From NCBI RefSeq assembly GCF_009914755.1, contig NC_060932.1: a stretch of DNA of 64,000 bases; one strand, given 5' to 3'. Positions 27,851-41,634 of this stretch are shown in pieces. The stretch's first letter is position 1. Every line of letters begins with the position of its first letter. This DNA is from the human T2T-CHM13v2.0 reference genome, Homo sapiens. Below the pieces are notes generated by a model. That model saw only the letters and a list, made by a program, of their open reading frames with translations. It had not been told where the DNA came from and made no database searches. The translations under genes were made by a program, and so were the position numbers.

Positions 27851-28263
27851 TCTGTGTGTGTGTGGTGTGCACGTATGTGTATGTGTTTGTAAGTGCACAC
27901 GTAAGATGCACCAACATAGATGCAAAGACGTTTGTCTTCCCAAATTTACTAGTAGTATTTCTGGCTCTACTCCCATGAAATTACCTTTACCCTTTCTCTT
28001 TGAAGGATGGACAAAGCCAGGTCTGATAAAGCGTTAGAATTTGTCATGGCTGGTCTTCACGCGGCAAACCAATTATGTGACCACCCAGGCCTTTTCATCA
28101 TGCTTGGTACATTCATGGAACGTTATCTCACACTGGGGTTGGTAATGCAATACTAATTCTAAAAGGCTATTCTGATTAATGTATTCATCTTGGTTTAGCA
28201 TTTTTTATATTGTTTATTTCAGCTCTCCTTTCCCTTTTGTGATCTAAATATATTTTCTTTCAG

Positions 28264-28310
28264 GTTATTTTGCTAAGTGGTTCCGAGCTAATTTTATTAC
28301 TTTTTTGATG
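28264..28310 (+). other. Candidate 47-nt exon (alternative or poison)
   Basis: Acceptor 'tattttctttcag', donor 'ATG|gtaagg', within a CpG-retaining non-repeat block. Confidence 0.25.
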
Positions 28311-29472
28311 GTAAGGGTCTAGGCAGAGTAGCCTTTCTGAAAGGCAAGCTTTACCGACTTCTCCAGGTTCATAAATATTAATAATGTGTAACTACGACTC
28401 TGTGTGCTAAAACATTGTTGTGGAGATTGTACAAGGAAGGCATTTTATGATTTCATGGAGACATGGAGTAGCAAGAAAATGGAGCAATGACATTTGGGGG
28501 GAGCATGACATCTAAATGTTAATATTGTGTACTGCTTACTGAGAATGAGAATTTCTCTTCTTTTGATGCTCGTGTTGTCAGTTGCACGAGAGTGTTCTTC
28601 AATTTGTACTTTACTTCTTCTAGCTATTTTTTTTCTTTATAAAACTGCTAGAAAAGAAGCCAGCTAGTATTTTGAATAAAAGAGTTGGGATTGTATAAGG
28701 CAATGTTTTTACTCAGCTTTCCTCGACCTTTTGATGAAAATTCCAGTTCAAAATAAAAAGACACAGGCACTACCCTCTGAGAGAGTCTGTGTGACCAGGC
28801 TATCATTCTTAAGAAACGGATTGAAACTTCTTAGTACATCTCATAAAAAATTTAGTTAGCTATAAATGTTTTAGGCTGTTGCAGCTGATATCATTTGCCT
28901 TGTGGGAAAAAAAAATGAGGCTGTTTTATGTTAAGTGTTTTGTTTTCTCTTCTCTCTATTCTTTTTTTATATGTATTAGGCAATGCAAAGACTTTTACTA
29001 CCATTGTTATGATAGTATTTAAATAAGCAGACCAAACCCATGCATGGGACTGAAGAGTAAAGTCAAGAAATATTTGAGATGCCTCTTTTAAATTAAAGGT
29101 ATATTCTTCATTGCTAATTTTGAGTTCAATTTTTTACTGTATATTAAAATGTTAATTTCAATTTCATCTATAGCAGATGGTATCCTGCTTTTATTTTCTA
29201 AAGGGATTCTTCAAGTAAGCCCTCAGTTGTCTTGCATTATGAGTAATTAGAGAAATACCTTGGTTGGTCCTCAGGGCAGAGCTAAAAATAGAGTTCAGTG
29301 ATTTTTTTCTGTAATTCTTACTATTTTTAAATAGAAGAAAATGATAGGCAAGAAAGAAAAGGCCATACTTAACCAAAATGTCCATGACTTCTTTCATTAC
29401 TAACAAAAAATTGCCAAGCTTGACAGTTTGCAAATAACTCTCCCTTCTCCATGAAGGTAACTTGGAATTCGA

Positions 29473-29498
29473 TGTGTGTGTATGTACCTGTGTGAGTG

Positions 29499-29534
<36 letters not shown>
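29473..29534. repeat. (TG)n(AG)n compound microsatellite
   Basis: Directly visible. Confidence 0.9.
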
Positions 29535-29671
29535 GGACCACAAAGTCTCTGATGTTAACAAATACAAGAGGAAGAGCAGTAGATGAGGGCAGAGGTGTGG
29601 TAAGCAATTGATCTGGCAAAATCTTGAAAGTTAAGACAAGAACTCTGGGTGTTACTCTGAGATGGGAAGTG

Positions 29672-30227
29672 TTTCGACTCAGCAATCCCATAATGGGTAT
29701 ATATTCAAAAGAAAACAAATCGTTTTACCAAAAAGATACATGCACTTGCATGTTCATCACAGCACTATTCACAGTAGCAAAGACATGGAAATCAGCCTAG
29801 GGCCCACCAACAGTAGACTGGATAAAGAAAATGTGGTACATATGCACCATGGAATACTACATAGCCATACAAAGAATGAAATAATGCCCTTTGCAGCAAC
29901 ATGGATGTAGCTGGAGGCCATTATTCTAAGCAAATTAACACAAGAACAGAAAACCAAATATCGCATGTTCTCACTTACAAGTGGGAGCCAAACACTGGCT
30001 ATTCATGGACATATAGATGGCAACAAGAGACTCTGGGGACCCTTAGGGGCAGGAGGGAACAGGGGGAGGGTTGAAAACCTACCTATGAAGTATATGTTCA
30101 GTACCTTGGTGCCAGGATCATTTGTACCCCAAAGCTCAGTATAGTGCAATATACCCAGGTACCAAATCTGCACATGTACCCCCTGAATCTAAAATAAAAG
30201 TTGAAAGTAAATAAATAGATAAATAAA
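29672..30227 (+). mobile_element. 5'-truncated L1PA15/16-like element
   Basis: 'catggacatatagatggcaaca', 'ctgcacatgtaccccctgaatctaaaataaaagttg', A-rich tail. Confidence 0.9.
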
Positions 30228-31240
30228 TGCATTAACTTTTTTCATGAAAACTAACAACAAAAAACCTGAGAAGACAGGCCGCAAAAAAAGAAATATGGAA
30301 TACATTTAACCTACAAAGAAACAATATCCAGAATACATAAGGAACATCTAAAAGTCAATCGTAGTAAATAACATAAAAGCAAACTGAAAAATACTTCAAA
30401 CGACATTATTCAGAAAATGTATCCTAATGGCCGATAAACATTAAAAGGTGCTGAACATTCTTAATCATGAAAATGAAAAATAGACCATACTGAGATGATC
30501 ATTTATCATCCAGTATTAACAAAAATCTAGAAATTATGACAATAAGTTTTGGGTAGGATGAGAAGCAATACTGCTTTGGGGTATACAATTGCTTTGGAAA
30601 TAATTTGGCATTAGCTGTAAAGTTTGAAGATAGACCTATTTACAGGTTAGTAGTACCAATCCTATATATGCTGTCTAGAAACTTCTGTACATGTTTACCA
30701 GGAAGCACATATAAGAATATTCCTAGAATTACTGAAATGGCAAAAAACTGAAAAAAACTGCAACTATCCACCAAAAGTAGGATATATAGATAAATCAATA
30801 GACTGATAGATTGGCAGATAGATAGGAGTGCTATACAGCTGTTAAAAATAACTGTAATGCAGTGTTACTCATCAATCTGGATGAATTTCAAAACCAAAAT
30901 GCTAAGAGGAAAGTGCAAGAAGCAGAAAAGACCATAGAAATTATTCCATTTCTGTAAGGTCAAAACAAGCAAAATTCAGCAACATAGTGTTTTGAAATGC
31001 ATTCATATATGGTAGAACTATAGAGAATTTTAGGAGAATGATTAAAAGAGATTCAGAATAATGGTCACCTGTGGAGGGAAGGAGGGGGCTATGATTGGAG
31101 AAGGTCATGCTATCTACAAATGTGTTGTTCCATTTCTCAGTCTGATAGTAGAAAGATATTTGAACATATTATTGTTCTTCAAATTGTATATACATTTTAA
31201 TATTTTATAAATATATTCTGCATTAAAATAAAAAGAAAAT
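30228..31240 (+). mobile_element. Old L1M (L1ME-like) 3' part
   Basis: 'gctttggaaataatttggca', 'tggatgaatttcaaaa', 'ttccatttctgtaaggtcaaaacaagcaaaatt'. Confidence 0.7.
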
Positions 31241-31282
31241 AGGAATGATATGGAACCAGCAACGACAGACAACTTTTTTAAG

Positions 31283-31284
<2 letters not shown>

Positions 31285-31322
<38 letters not shown>
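31285..31322. repeat. Pure poly-T tract (38 nt)
   Basis: Counted directly; no adjacent Alu or L1 body. Confidence 0.95.
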
Positions 31323-31325
<3 letters not shown>

Positions 31326-31419
31326 GAAAGCTATTGTCTTCTATGGAAAATGTTGTTTGACCTATTAGCACTTGATTAGGTTCCCCTCCTTTTCCTGAAA
31401 CACTATAACTTTTCCCTAT

Positions 31420-32200
31420 CATGTCTTGTACTAAATTTATGCTAGCTGCAATGCTAGATAACACTCCTCCAGACAGGTCTTAGTAGATTAATAATAGATG
31501 TTTATTTCTTGCTCAAGTAAGAGGAAAAATGAGATTACCTATAAGTAGCAGCTCATTTTCAAAAGGTAATTCAGGTACCTTGTATCTTTAAATCTGGTGG
31601 CTCTGCTATTTTCAACATGTGGCTTCTAAGGTCTCTGTGAGAGGAGAAAGAATGGGGGCTTGCACATGTGGGACATTTTCATGAGCAAGGCCTGCATTTT
31701 CCTCCATATGCTGTTGACAGAACTCAATGGCATAGGCCCGCTAACTGGTAATGAGCTGGCAAGTGTTGCCTAGCTGTGTGTGCAAAAGAAAAAGAGACAG
31801 ATTTTTTTTTCAATAGCTAGCCATTTTATCCATCTACTTTCCAAATATCCACTTAAATCTTTCTTCTTTGCTTAGGACCCATTTACCAAGGGTGACAGTC
31901 CAGTCCCATCACCGTTTTGAGCTCAAATAACAATATCTCCAGGCAGTATGCAGTCTTCTCCATCCATTGTAAATGTGCCTTCTTGCGGTCTTGCAATCTC
32001 TGAATTAAAAAGACAAGTTGTCTCCCTTTCACATCTTCCCCTCTCTCCAGAGTGGGAGACACATAACATTCACTGGTACATGGAAAGAATAATATTCTGC
32101 AGGAGGGTGGAAGGGGTCTTTTCCTAGCAGTTCTCCTTGGCTCTTATCACTGTAGGCTAGTGCATAGCCCCATGCCTATTGTATGACTGCACTGTGTCAG
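31420..32200 (-). mobile_element. Old MaLR LTR (MLT1I/J/K-like) plus probable internal fragment
   Basis: 'gtttatttcttgctca', 'ggctctgctattttcaacatgtggcttctaagg', 'ctagctgtgtgtgcaaaagaaaa'. Confidence 0.6.
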
Positions 32201-32401
32201 AGTTCAATGAGTTCAAGTTTGTACTATTCCCTGTTCATGATAAGAACTATATAATAGTTAATTGCTGATAGTATTATTATATTACAACAAGCTCAAGTAC
32301 CAAGTGTCTTTGACTTTGGCTGAAATTATGTGCACACTAAGACTAGTTACCATGGTCATCATAAGCTATAAATGGTAATTTTTTCTATATATTGTTTAAT
32401 A

Positions 32402-32441
32402 TGTGTGTGTGTGTGGGTGTGTGTGTGTGGGTGTGTGTGTG
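32402..32441. repeat. Interrupted (TG)n microsatellite
   Basis: Directly visible. Confidence 0.9.
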
Positions 32442-34449
32442 CACATGCACACATCCAGGAAAAATTATTACTTGACACCTACTTTTTCTTGTAAACAACA
32501 ATTTATAGTAAATATGGAAGGAAATTTAAAGGGTCTGTGGCTTGAACATGTTGGAAAGTCTTGCTTTAAAGCTCCAGCAGATCCTTTCTGTACTAAGGCA
32601 CAAAAGCTATGATTTTTCATCTGCCCAGAATAATAAAATTATTTACAAAAGCACTGAGAATTATTCTTTATATGATTTCCAACCTTCAAGCTTCTGTAGA
32701 AACATTGTAGCTTTGTAAAATGTGGTGCCTTACCTTGGAAAAAAAAGCTTTGTTTTGAAGCCGAGGAATAGTAAAGAAAACTGCTATGTCCCTAGCATTA
32801 AAATCTTATATCCTCACAATGTGAACATGCAAATTAACTAGAAGAAACTACATTTTAAAAATTGAAAGATTTTTTTCTGAGATGCCTTTGCATTTTGGTT
32901 ATCTCTTATTGGTCAACCCCAGGTCAGAGTTAACACACCTGGCTCTAGAGTAATACACATGTACAGGTGTTGTTAAAGGCTGCATGATGGTATTCTGAGC
33001 CTCTGCTCTGAGCTCTGTCCTAGATATAAAGAATGTGCAGCCAGCTGTTTGTCTACTTGTCCTGACCCTGTTCAAGGATTAATGAAGAGATCCTCTATCT
33101 GTAGTCCAATGTCTATTGGGTAGGGACCAGAAATGATTGAACGTCTTTGCTTCATGATACGCTGTGCCAGTATACATGAAAATGGGAACCTAAAAGTACT
33201 TTCATAAGCACTTTGTGGAACTTATTTCTTCCTTTAAAATGTCCTAGACACCTTATTGTCACCTCTTGGCTCCCTCTGGTTTCTGTATTTTCACTGGTAC
33301 ATTGGATCACCATGGCAGAGCCCTACCCTGCACCCAACCCAATAGCAGGAAGGTTTACCTTCAGCTTGTTCCCTGTATGCTCAGTTTCCGGTGGATTTAT
33401 TACTGTTTTTGGTTGTCCCCAGAGGCTGGCTTATCATGAAGTTAAGGATCTTGATGCCTCAGGGCTTTTCACTTACATAGAACCTTCCAAGCCCATGGGT
33501 CTTGAATCTTTGCTAAATCGGTCCTTGCTCTGTATGGTACTGCTTTAACTGAAACACACACAGGAAGCTGTGTCCTTACTTTGCACAGATGTATTATTCA
33601 ACACTGTGAATACTGTAGTAATAATTTTTGGTATTTTCCTTGTAAAACAAAGAGAAAAGAAAACAAAATACAGAATTGTGCTGCTTTTATTCACTGAGTA
33701 GTGTTTCAAATCAAGCTAGCTTTCTGGCAGTGTGACATCATGGCTTAGCAAAGAGTCCTTAGAATTTTCTAACTTTTAACAAAATGGGGACCTTAAACAA
33801 TCTATTCTCTGAAAAATAATGTTGAGGTTTCACAGTAGGAATGAAAAGGGTGGGACGATTATGATATAACTAACTCAATTTTTAATGAATAATGAATTGC
33901 AGAGTTAATGCTTGTCAGAATTTTCCAGGAATTAGGGAGAAAATGAGGAAGAAAATTTTACAAGTAGAGTTAAGAGGAAGAGGTAGATGAATGCACGATC
34001 CTGCTTTTATTTTATGACTATTAGGATAGAGATGTTTGAAACCTGCTGAGTAGCTGGTGGAAGGGGAAGGCTTCAAGGATAAATAGTAGATGGCCATGCT
34101 TGTCCCCCGACACAGGGAACGGCCTGCGCAAACACACTTGGTTTGAGGATATCTGATGAGTTCAAAGTGCTTTAACTACTAAGCAGGTGGAATGGCAGGA
34201 TATAGGAGTCGTGGCGGCCACTGTAAAACTCGGTGGTTCAGATGTGGGTGACATGATTTGCAAATATAATTACAAAGTGATACGAACTGTTAAATTGGAC
34301 AAGTTTAGATTTAGGTGACAGTAGGACTTAGAAGAGACATCTCTATATTTCCTATGCTAAGCTGGAGGTAATAGGAGAACAAACTACTTTATCCACCCCT
34401 GAAAATGAGACTGTTTTACTGATGGAAACATCATCGTCTTGACCATGAG

Positions 34450-34650
34450 AAAAATCCAAGCTAGAATCCTGGCCCTGTGGTTTACTAGCCAAGATTCTTT
34501 GAGGGGCATTAATATTTCTTTATGTATACATTGAGACTCTGTGATGATACCTACCGCTTATGCTTGCTGTGAGCATGAATGAGCCAAGATGTACTGAAGA
34601 GCCATGTTAAATACCTGTAGATAGTTAATAAATAGTATCTTTATTGTTAT
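34450..34650 (+). mobile_element. MIR
   Basis: 'gaatcctggccctg', 'gataccta...ttgctgtgagcatgaatgag', 'aataaatagtatctttattgttat'. Confidence 0.55.
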
Positions 34651-35421
34651 CAAGTAAATGGAAAGAATTCAAAAGAAGGGAGAAAGAGAGAGGAATAGTA
34701 AAATGTCATGAGAGCTGGAGGTTATTTGAAAAATACATGTTAATCAATTGACGTTATCAATCAAGTAATCACGAGATTACCACAGATACCCAGCTTGGGG
34801 ACAGGACCACAGAAGAATAATTTGTGCTGCCTCTCTTGACGATAACTACTTTGGTTGAAATTCTGTATCCCTCTTACTTTGACAAATCAGAATCAAGCGT
34901 GGTTGAATCTTAAAGACTTTTTTTTTTTCTGAACTAACTCTTACTAGTTGGCACAATAGTTAAATGTGTAGGAGGAAAAGAGGATGACGGAGAATGCATA
35001 TTTTGGTTTGGAGAGAACAAAAACTGCCCTAGGATAATGTTTGAATACATGGCCACCAACAAGCCCAAGCTTTTGTGGAAAAACACTAAAATGGCTAAAG
35101 CCTCTCAGCATAACTGCTTTGCTAATTTAAGTGTTTGCTTTGAGAATATGTGAACAACCGAATTTTCTTAGTTAAATTTATTAAAAATGACTGTACAGGA
35201 TGGAATTGGCCAATCAGACAAAAACAGTTCAAAATTAGACGACGTTTTTCATCACTTCACACTTTTGCAGTGTTTGCTACAATCAAGACACTGTGCTTAG
35301 ATGCTGAACGTGATGCAAAGGAGTTAAAGATGTAGTCCTTACCATTGATTTATTGGAAGCAATAGCATATTACAAATACTTTATCTTGCTCTACAGGTAG
35401 GCCCGATACAAGAAGTGTTGG

Positions 35422-36158
35422 CTATGAGTAATAATTTGGAGGTTCTTCAAAAAACTAAAAATAGAGCTACCGTATGATCCAGCAATCTCACTGCTGGGTA
35501 TAACCCAAAAGAAAATAAATCAGTATATCAAAGAGGTATCTACGCTCTCATGCGTGTTGCAGCACTGTTGACAGTAGCTAAGATTTGGGATCAACCTAAG
35601 TGTCCATCAGCAGTTGAATGGATAAAGAAAATGTGGTGCTTATATACAATTGAGTACTCTTTAGCCATAACACAGAAGGAGGTCTTGTTATTTGCAACAA
35701 CATGGATGGAACTGGAGGCCATTATTTTAAGTGAAATAAACCAGGCACAGAAAGACAAATGTCACATGTTCTTACTTATTTGTGGAATCTTAAAATCAAA
35801 ACAATTGAACTAATGGACCTAGAGAGTAGAAGGATGGTTACCAGAGGCTGGGAAGGGTAGTGGGGGCTGGTGGTTGGGGAGGTAGGGGTGGTTAATAGGT
35901 ACAAAAAGGTAGTTAGAAAGAATGCATAAGACCTACTATTTGATAGCACAGCAGGGAGACTATAGTCAATAATAATTTAATTGTACATTTTAAAATAACC
36001 TGAAGAGTGCAGTTGGATTCTTTGTAACCCACAGGATAAATGCTTGAGGGGATGGATACCCCATTCTCCATGATGTGATTATTTCACATTGCATGCCTGT
36101 ATCAAAACATCCCATGTACCCCGTGAATATATACACCTACTGTGTATCCACAAAAAAA
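35422..36158 (+). mobile_element. 5'-truncated L1MA2-like element
   Basis: 'aagacctactatttgatagcac', 'ggataaatgcttgaggggatggataccccattctccatgatg'; TSD aagtgttgg at about 35413-35421 and 36157-36165. Confidence 0.92.
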
Positions 36159-37061
36159 GTGTTGGAAGAGTGTTGTGGGATTTCACACAAGGCACTGCCT
36201 GGGTTTGTGTCACTGCTCTGCTCTCCTATACCACTCTTGTCACATAAGCAAGAGACACACAGTCTCATATGGAGTGACAAATTCGGAAATGGAAATTCTT
36301 TTACAGTTAATTAATTCAATTCAGAGTGTCTCCTCATCATCATCCAGCATTTCCTGAGGGTACCTGTTTTGTGTAATGTGGTAAGCATAGTCTCTTCTCT
36401 TATATTCTTCCAATTAATTACTTTTTCTAGAGTTTAGGCCCTTCTGCCGGAGGGAGATGCCTGTGTGGTCACAAGAATATTTTTCTCCCTGCCTCCACTT
36501 TGTTTTGGTGACCTTGGCCATGTTAGTTGGCTTTATTAGGCTTCCACTTCACAATCTGTCAACTCGATTAACACAGGCCTCCCTGGAATACCTGGCTGTT
36601 TTGTTTAAGATGAATCTAGGAATATGACTTGTTTCAAATCCACATGTCATCTTGAAATGAGCTTGTCTGGGTCTTTAGGGTTGAAATATATCCCAGGCTT
36701 CTTGGCTGCTGATGTATATTTACTATTTTAACTTCAGTTATCTTTTTAGTCTGAAGGCTGAATGACTTCTTACAGTGATCAACACAAAGATTATCCAGTA
36801 GTCTTTGGTTGAATTTATTGTCTTGACTTCAATACTATCTATCAGCAATACTTTGCAAGGTCAACTTTTAACCATTTTTGTTGTTCTTTGCCAAACATTG
36901 CATAAAATAAAATATAACCTTTCTTCTACCATATTGTAATACTGTTGTAAAAAATTAAATGATTTCCTACTATTCCAGTTTATTCTCTGTCAACATTCTT
37001 TTCATACTAAAAAGGTTGGTTTTAGCTTATAGATGAAATGTTTTTCTCCAAACTTATTTAT

Positions 37062-37320
37062 GATAATAACAACAAATACTTTTATAGTGCTTAGTATATT
37101 CCAGGCACTATTATAAACATTCTAAACACCTTCTGCCATTAACTCATTGAGTCCTCACAATAATCTTATGGGTACTGCTAATTGTGCCCATTTCACAGAT
37201 GAGAAGATTGAGGGCAAAGAAGTTAAGTATTTTGCTTATGGTCACAAGTGATTGGGCCAATGTTTGAACCAATCACTTGTCTGAAATTTTGCCTTTAACT
37301 ATTTCACATTTTGCCTCACT
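37062..37320 (-). mobile_element. MIR
   Basis: 'ttccaggcacta', 'cccatttcacagatgagaagattgagg'. Confidence 0.75.
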
Positions 37321-37749
37321 GTTAGATTTTAGTTCTTTGTTCTGAATTTGGAATGCATATAACCATACAAGCAAACACAAATTTTTATTTTTTAACTTGT
37401 AATATTATGGCTGACCTAGAGCAGTGACATTTTTAGTCCAAGACCTAGATACAGACAACAGGAGATCATGTGTAAAGAAAATAGAATAAAGGTCCTTTTT
37501 TCTTATGCAGGGCCAGCCCAAGATAAAATTTTGTAATAGGTTGAAGTATATCTTTGGCATCTTTTCACCTTTCTCTCCCTCTCTCAATTTTTGGCACTCC
37601 TCCTTTCACTTTCATCTATTTTTTGCTCCACTTTGATTAGCAGTAGCCTGTCTAATCCCTGAGAGTAACCCATACATCAGACAGAAACTCCAAGTACAGT
37701 GATACGGGAATCAATGTACCCTACCTCTGACCCTCAAATTTCTCCTCTC

Positions 37750-38150
37750 AGATTCTAGCCTGAGAAAATATACTGAAATGCAAAGGTTTTTGCATAAAGA
37801 TGTTAATCACAGCGACTTTCTTTTCAGTAATAAAAATTTGAAAACTGCCTAAATGTACAACATTGGAAGAATGGTTAAGTAAATTGTGCATTATACAATA
37901 CAATGCAGCATTATGCAGCCATTAAAAACTATGTTTATGAAAACTTCTCCATGACAGAGGATAGTACATAAGTTTAAATGCTAAGAAAATTCAAGTTGAA
38001 AGTAGTATAATATCAACTCTAGAAAAATACATATAAAACAAGGAAAGAAAAAGCTCCAAATATTAAATGTATACAGATTGGATATAAAGTGATTATTTAT
38101 AGTTTATTCCGTTTTCTAATGTATTAGTTTTACAATCTAGAAAAAATAAA
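37750..38150 (+). mobile_element. Old L1M 3' fragment
   Basis: 'gcctaaatgtacaacattggaagaatggttaagtaaattgtg', 'gcagccattaaaaa'. Confidence 0.65.
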
Positions 38151-40129
38151 TGATCAGTTTTTATAAAAACCTTCATTCACAATAAATTGCAATTTTTTCT
38201 TAATCCTCCTAGATATATTGTCATTTTCAAAAATGATACTTGCCAATCCCAGTGTCTTTAATTAGTAGGATTCTAAGCAGCACAAGAAAATATAGAAAAA
38301 GATTGAAGAAGTGTAGAGGGAATATATTCAAAGTATGTAGTATGTAAGCTGAAATAGAGCAACCGCAATTGAATTCTCAGATCACTAAACTTTTCTTGCT
38401 TTACACAAATTTTATCTTTCTTAATTCAATTTTTTCTTTTTCTTTTGTGCTTTCTATTTAAAAGTTAATGTTTTGTTTTGCATTATATTTTTTTTCCTCT
38501 CTGTGTTGGAAGCAAAGACAGTAATGGGAAAAGGGGACAAGAAACGGGGCAAGGATACACTGAAGGTGATATATATGATATATATATATATATATCTTCA
38601 TAGATGGTGGAATTATAAATGGATTACATATATCAGATAGAATTAAGTGTTTGCAAATTAAGGCTTGTTTATACTCTTTTGCAAGCAATATTTTAAAATC
38701 TGTTTGTTTATTTTTTTTATTTTTGGAAGCCAAGCCAGCAGTTGTTTAAAATTCATGCCTCTGCATAATATATGAAGACTACATAGATGAGTTTTCTGGA
38801 GATTTCTCCTTGACACATTTAGTTTCTCCACGTTGCTTGTAGAAAGGATGATTCCATTCTCTCAATACCACCTTCCACCAGGAGAAGCCATTTTCTTTCC
38901 TGAAGGTCAACCTACAGCCACAGTAGAAGAGGAAACCAGTTACTGTGATTCCAAATATAATTTCCCAGGAGGTGAAATTCCCTCTCCTAAACATGAATTG
39001 GTTACAGGAAAAGAAAAAAGAATGTAATTCGTAAGACTGTGGAGCCATTTTCCTAATCCAATTTCTCCTGTCCCCTAGATCGATATCATGTGAATTGCTT
39101 CCACAGGGGACTGTGCTAGCAGAGAGGGGTCTGTGGAAAGAAAGAAGCACCGTGCTCCAATGGACCATTATTATTGTTTCCATATCACAGGGTCCACATA
39201 TGCATGTAAATGTTTTTATAGTACACATACACAAATGCAAAACTGAATGTCTAACTAATGTCAAGCACGGTCACATACACCCACACTCTCTAATTTCCTG
39301 TCCAAGGTGGTGATCTGTAAAAGAGAGGTGAACTGTAAGAGCTGAATGATTAGAAAATAAATTCTAAAACTCAAGTGCACTTAACAGTGGACGTAATCAG
39401 TAGAGAGAACTAAGACCTTTAGGATTCTGATGCATCTGTCACCTGTAAGTAAACTGACAGTTCTGTTTTTTTAATTATTATTAAGCATGAGTTGCTATAT
39501 AAATCACATCTCATTACAACAAGCCACAAGTGACTATCTACATTTTTATGCAAAATGAATGCTATCCTACTAAATGAGCATTGCCTAATATTGGGAGTCT
39601 TTTCTTGGTCATGCAGTGATATTTGCTGATAGGGGATTTGACCTGTCATAGCTTTCTTCTAGTTTTGTAGACATTTCTTGTTCTCTACCTCCCTGGTTCC
39701 CAGCGTGCTTATATAATTTGACAATATCTTTTGGAGCAATTTGAAAATATGAATCTCAGGTCATTGGAATTTGTGTATTCTAATAAAAACTGGCATAATA
39801 ATTCAGAAGTGGAATTCATTGAAGAATTATGGGCTCCCAAATGCTAGTCAAATTATTTTTTATAGAGGTGGAAAGAAAGGGTCATTCTGTTTTTATTTCA
39901 ATCCCCAAAGTATAGATTAAGGCAGCAGTATTCTAGGTCTTACACAATCATAGGAGGTGGGTAACATTGCAGGAGAGGAGGAAATAATATTCGTTGACTG
40001 TTTACTATTGGCAAGACATCTTACCAACAGTTTAATACTCTTTGCAACTCTGAGCCAGTTGGCTCTCTCTGTATATCACTTTTGGAAAAGCTGAAATTTG
40101 TAAATTAGTCCCAAACTCTAGGTCAGAGG

Positions 40130-41630
40130 GTAGGGGAGTGAAGGAAGGTTTCATTAAATAAATGGCCCTTGGGCTAGTAATTAAAGATGACTATGAGTTA
40201 CCTGAGTAACAAGGGGAGGGAACAGTGTTCTTAGTAGAGGGAACAACATTTGCAAAGAATCTTCAGTGGGATGGAGCTTAAAAATAAGGCAAACATGGCT
40301 GAAGGACAGAGAGTGTGGGAGAGTACTATATAAGCTAAGAGGGAGGATATAGGCAGGAGCTAGATCAGGCCGTGCTTTGATGGCCATTTTAAGGAATTTT
40401 AAGCAATGGGAAGCTTGAATCAAAGACTGTAACATGAGCAGATGTGCTTTTTCAATACATTATTATAGTTGTGGTGTGGAGAACTGACTGTGTGGACACA
40501 GACAGACTTTCACTTCAATCATCTGGATGAAACAGTGGTAGCTTAGATGGATGTTTGTGGTAGAGATGGAGAGAGATAGAGAGTTTGGGGACGATGGGCA
40601 GAATTAATAGAATTCATTGATATGAAGATGTGAGGAGGTGAGGAAGAGAAAGATGTTTAAGGTGACATAGAACTCTGCATCATATAATAAAATGGATGGG
40701 GGTGCCGTTTATGGAGATACGGAATGCTCAAAGACCTGAGTTTTATGAATTTGATCATTTTTCTAAATAAGTGCTTGATTAGGAGCATGGATCACCTATT
40801 TGGTTTTGAACATGTATTTGCCATTCCTGTGACTCATGTAAAAGAAATGTGAAAAGGCAGTTGGATCTGGACTCTAGAAGAGAAATCTAGATTCACAAAC
40901 TCGGGAATGAGCATTGATGAGAGGTGGAGAACTACAACAGTTATTAGCCACATCCAGGAGAATGAGCCTACAAGGAGAAACAGAATAATCCAATAGTTAG
41001 GAGGAAATCAGGAAGATGACTGTTTTGTGGAAGGCAAGGTAATTGATGTTTCAAAACAATTTTGTTGGTTTTTGATAATGTGGAAGTTATGGGCAAGAGA
41101 ATGCTTGGGATGCTCAAAGACCAGCAAGAAGAACAGAGTGACTGGAGCTAAGTGGGCAAGATGATTAGATTTAAAGGTTGATTTTAGGTGTGATGAGAAT
41201 GCATTAAGAGGTTTTGAGTGAAGAGGGGATATGACCTGCTTTACATTGTCACTGGACTACAGTGATAGACAGTGAAGGAAGCAGGGATGGAAGGGCTTGG
41301 GGGGAGACCAATTAGGAGACTGTGCATTCAACATTCAGCTAGTATTTATTTAACATCCAGTATATGCCAGATATCTGTAATCTAGGCTTGTCATTTGGAC
41401 TTGGACAAGGAAGAAGTAATCAAATTTGAGATATATTTTGAAGTCACAGCCGTTGGGATTTGCCAATGGATTGAAAATCGGGATGTGAGGAGGAGATGAA
41501 TCAAGGATAATTTCATGGTTTTTTGGCTTGGGCAATAGAGAGAATTGCAGTGGGGCTGAGACTGGTAGCCATAGACAAGGAACAGAGGTGAATAGGGAGA
41601 GGAGCACGAGTTCAGTTCTGGATTTGATAA
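40130..41630 (-). mobile_element. Composite LINE-2 fragments
   Basis: 'agagggaacaacatttgcaaag', 'gagatatattttgaagtcacagcc', 'atcaaggataatttcatggtttttggcttgggcaa'. Confidence 0.75.
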
Positions 41631-41634
41631 GGAA

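Noticed and set aside
29191-29718. 175-aa minus ORF
   Set aside because: Runs through L1, L2 and (TG)/(AG) microsatellite sequence
38779-39264. 161-aa minus ORF and overlapping 64-aa plus ORF
   Set aside because: No recognisable domain and no convincing splice or promoter context
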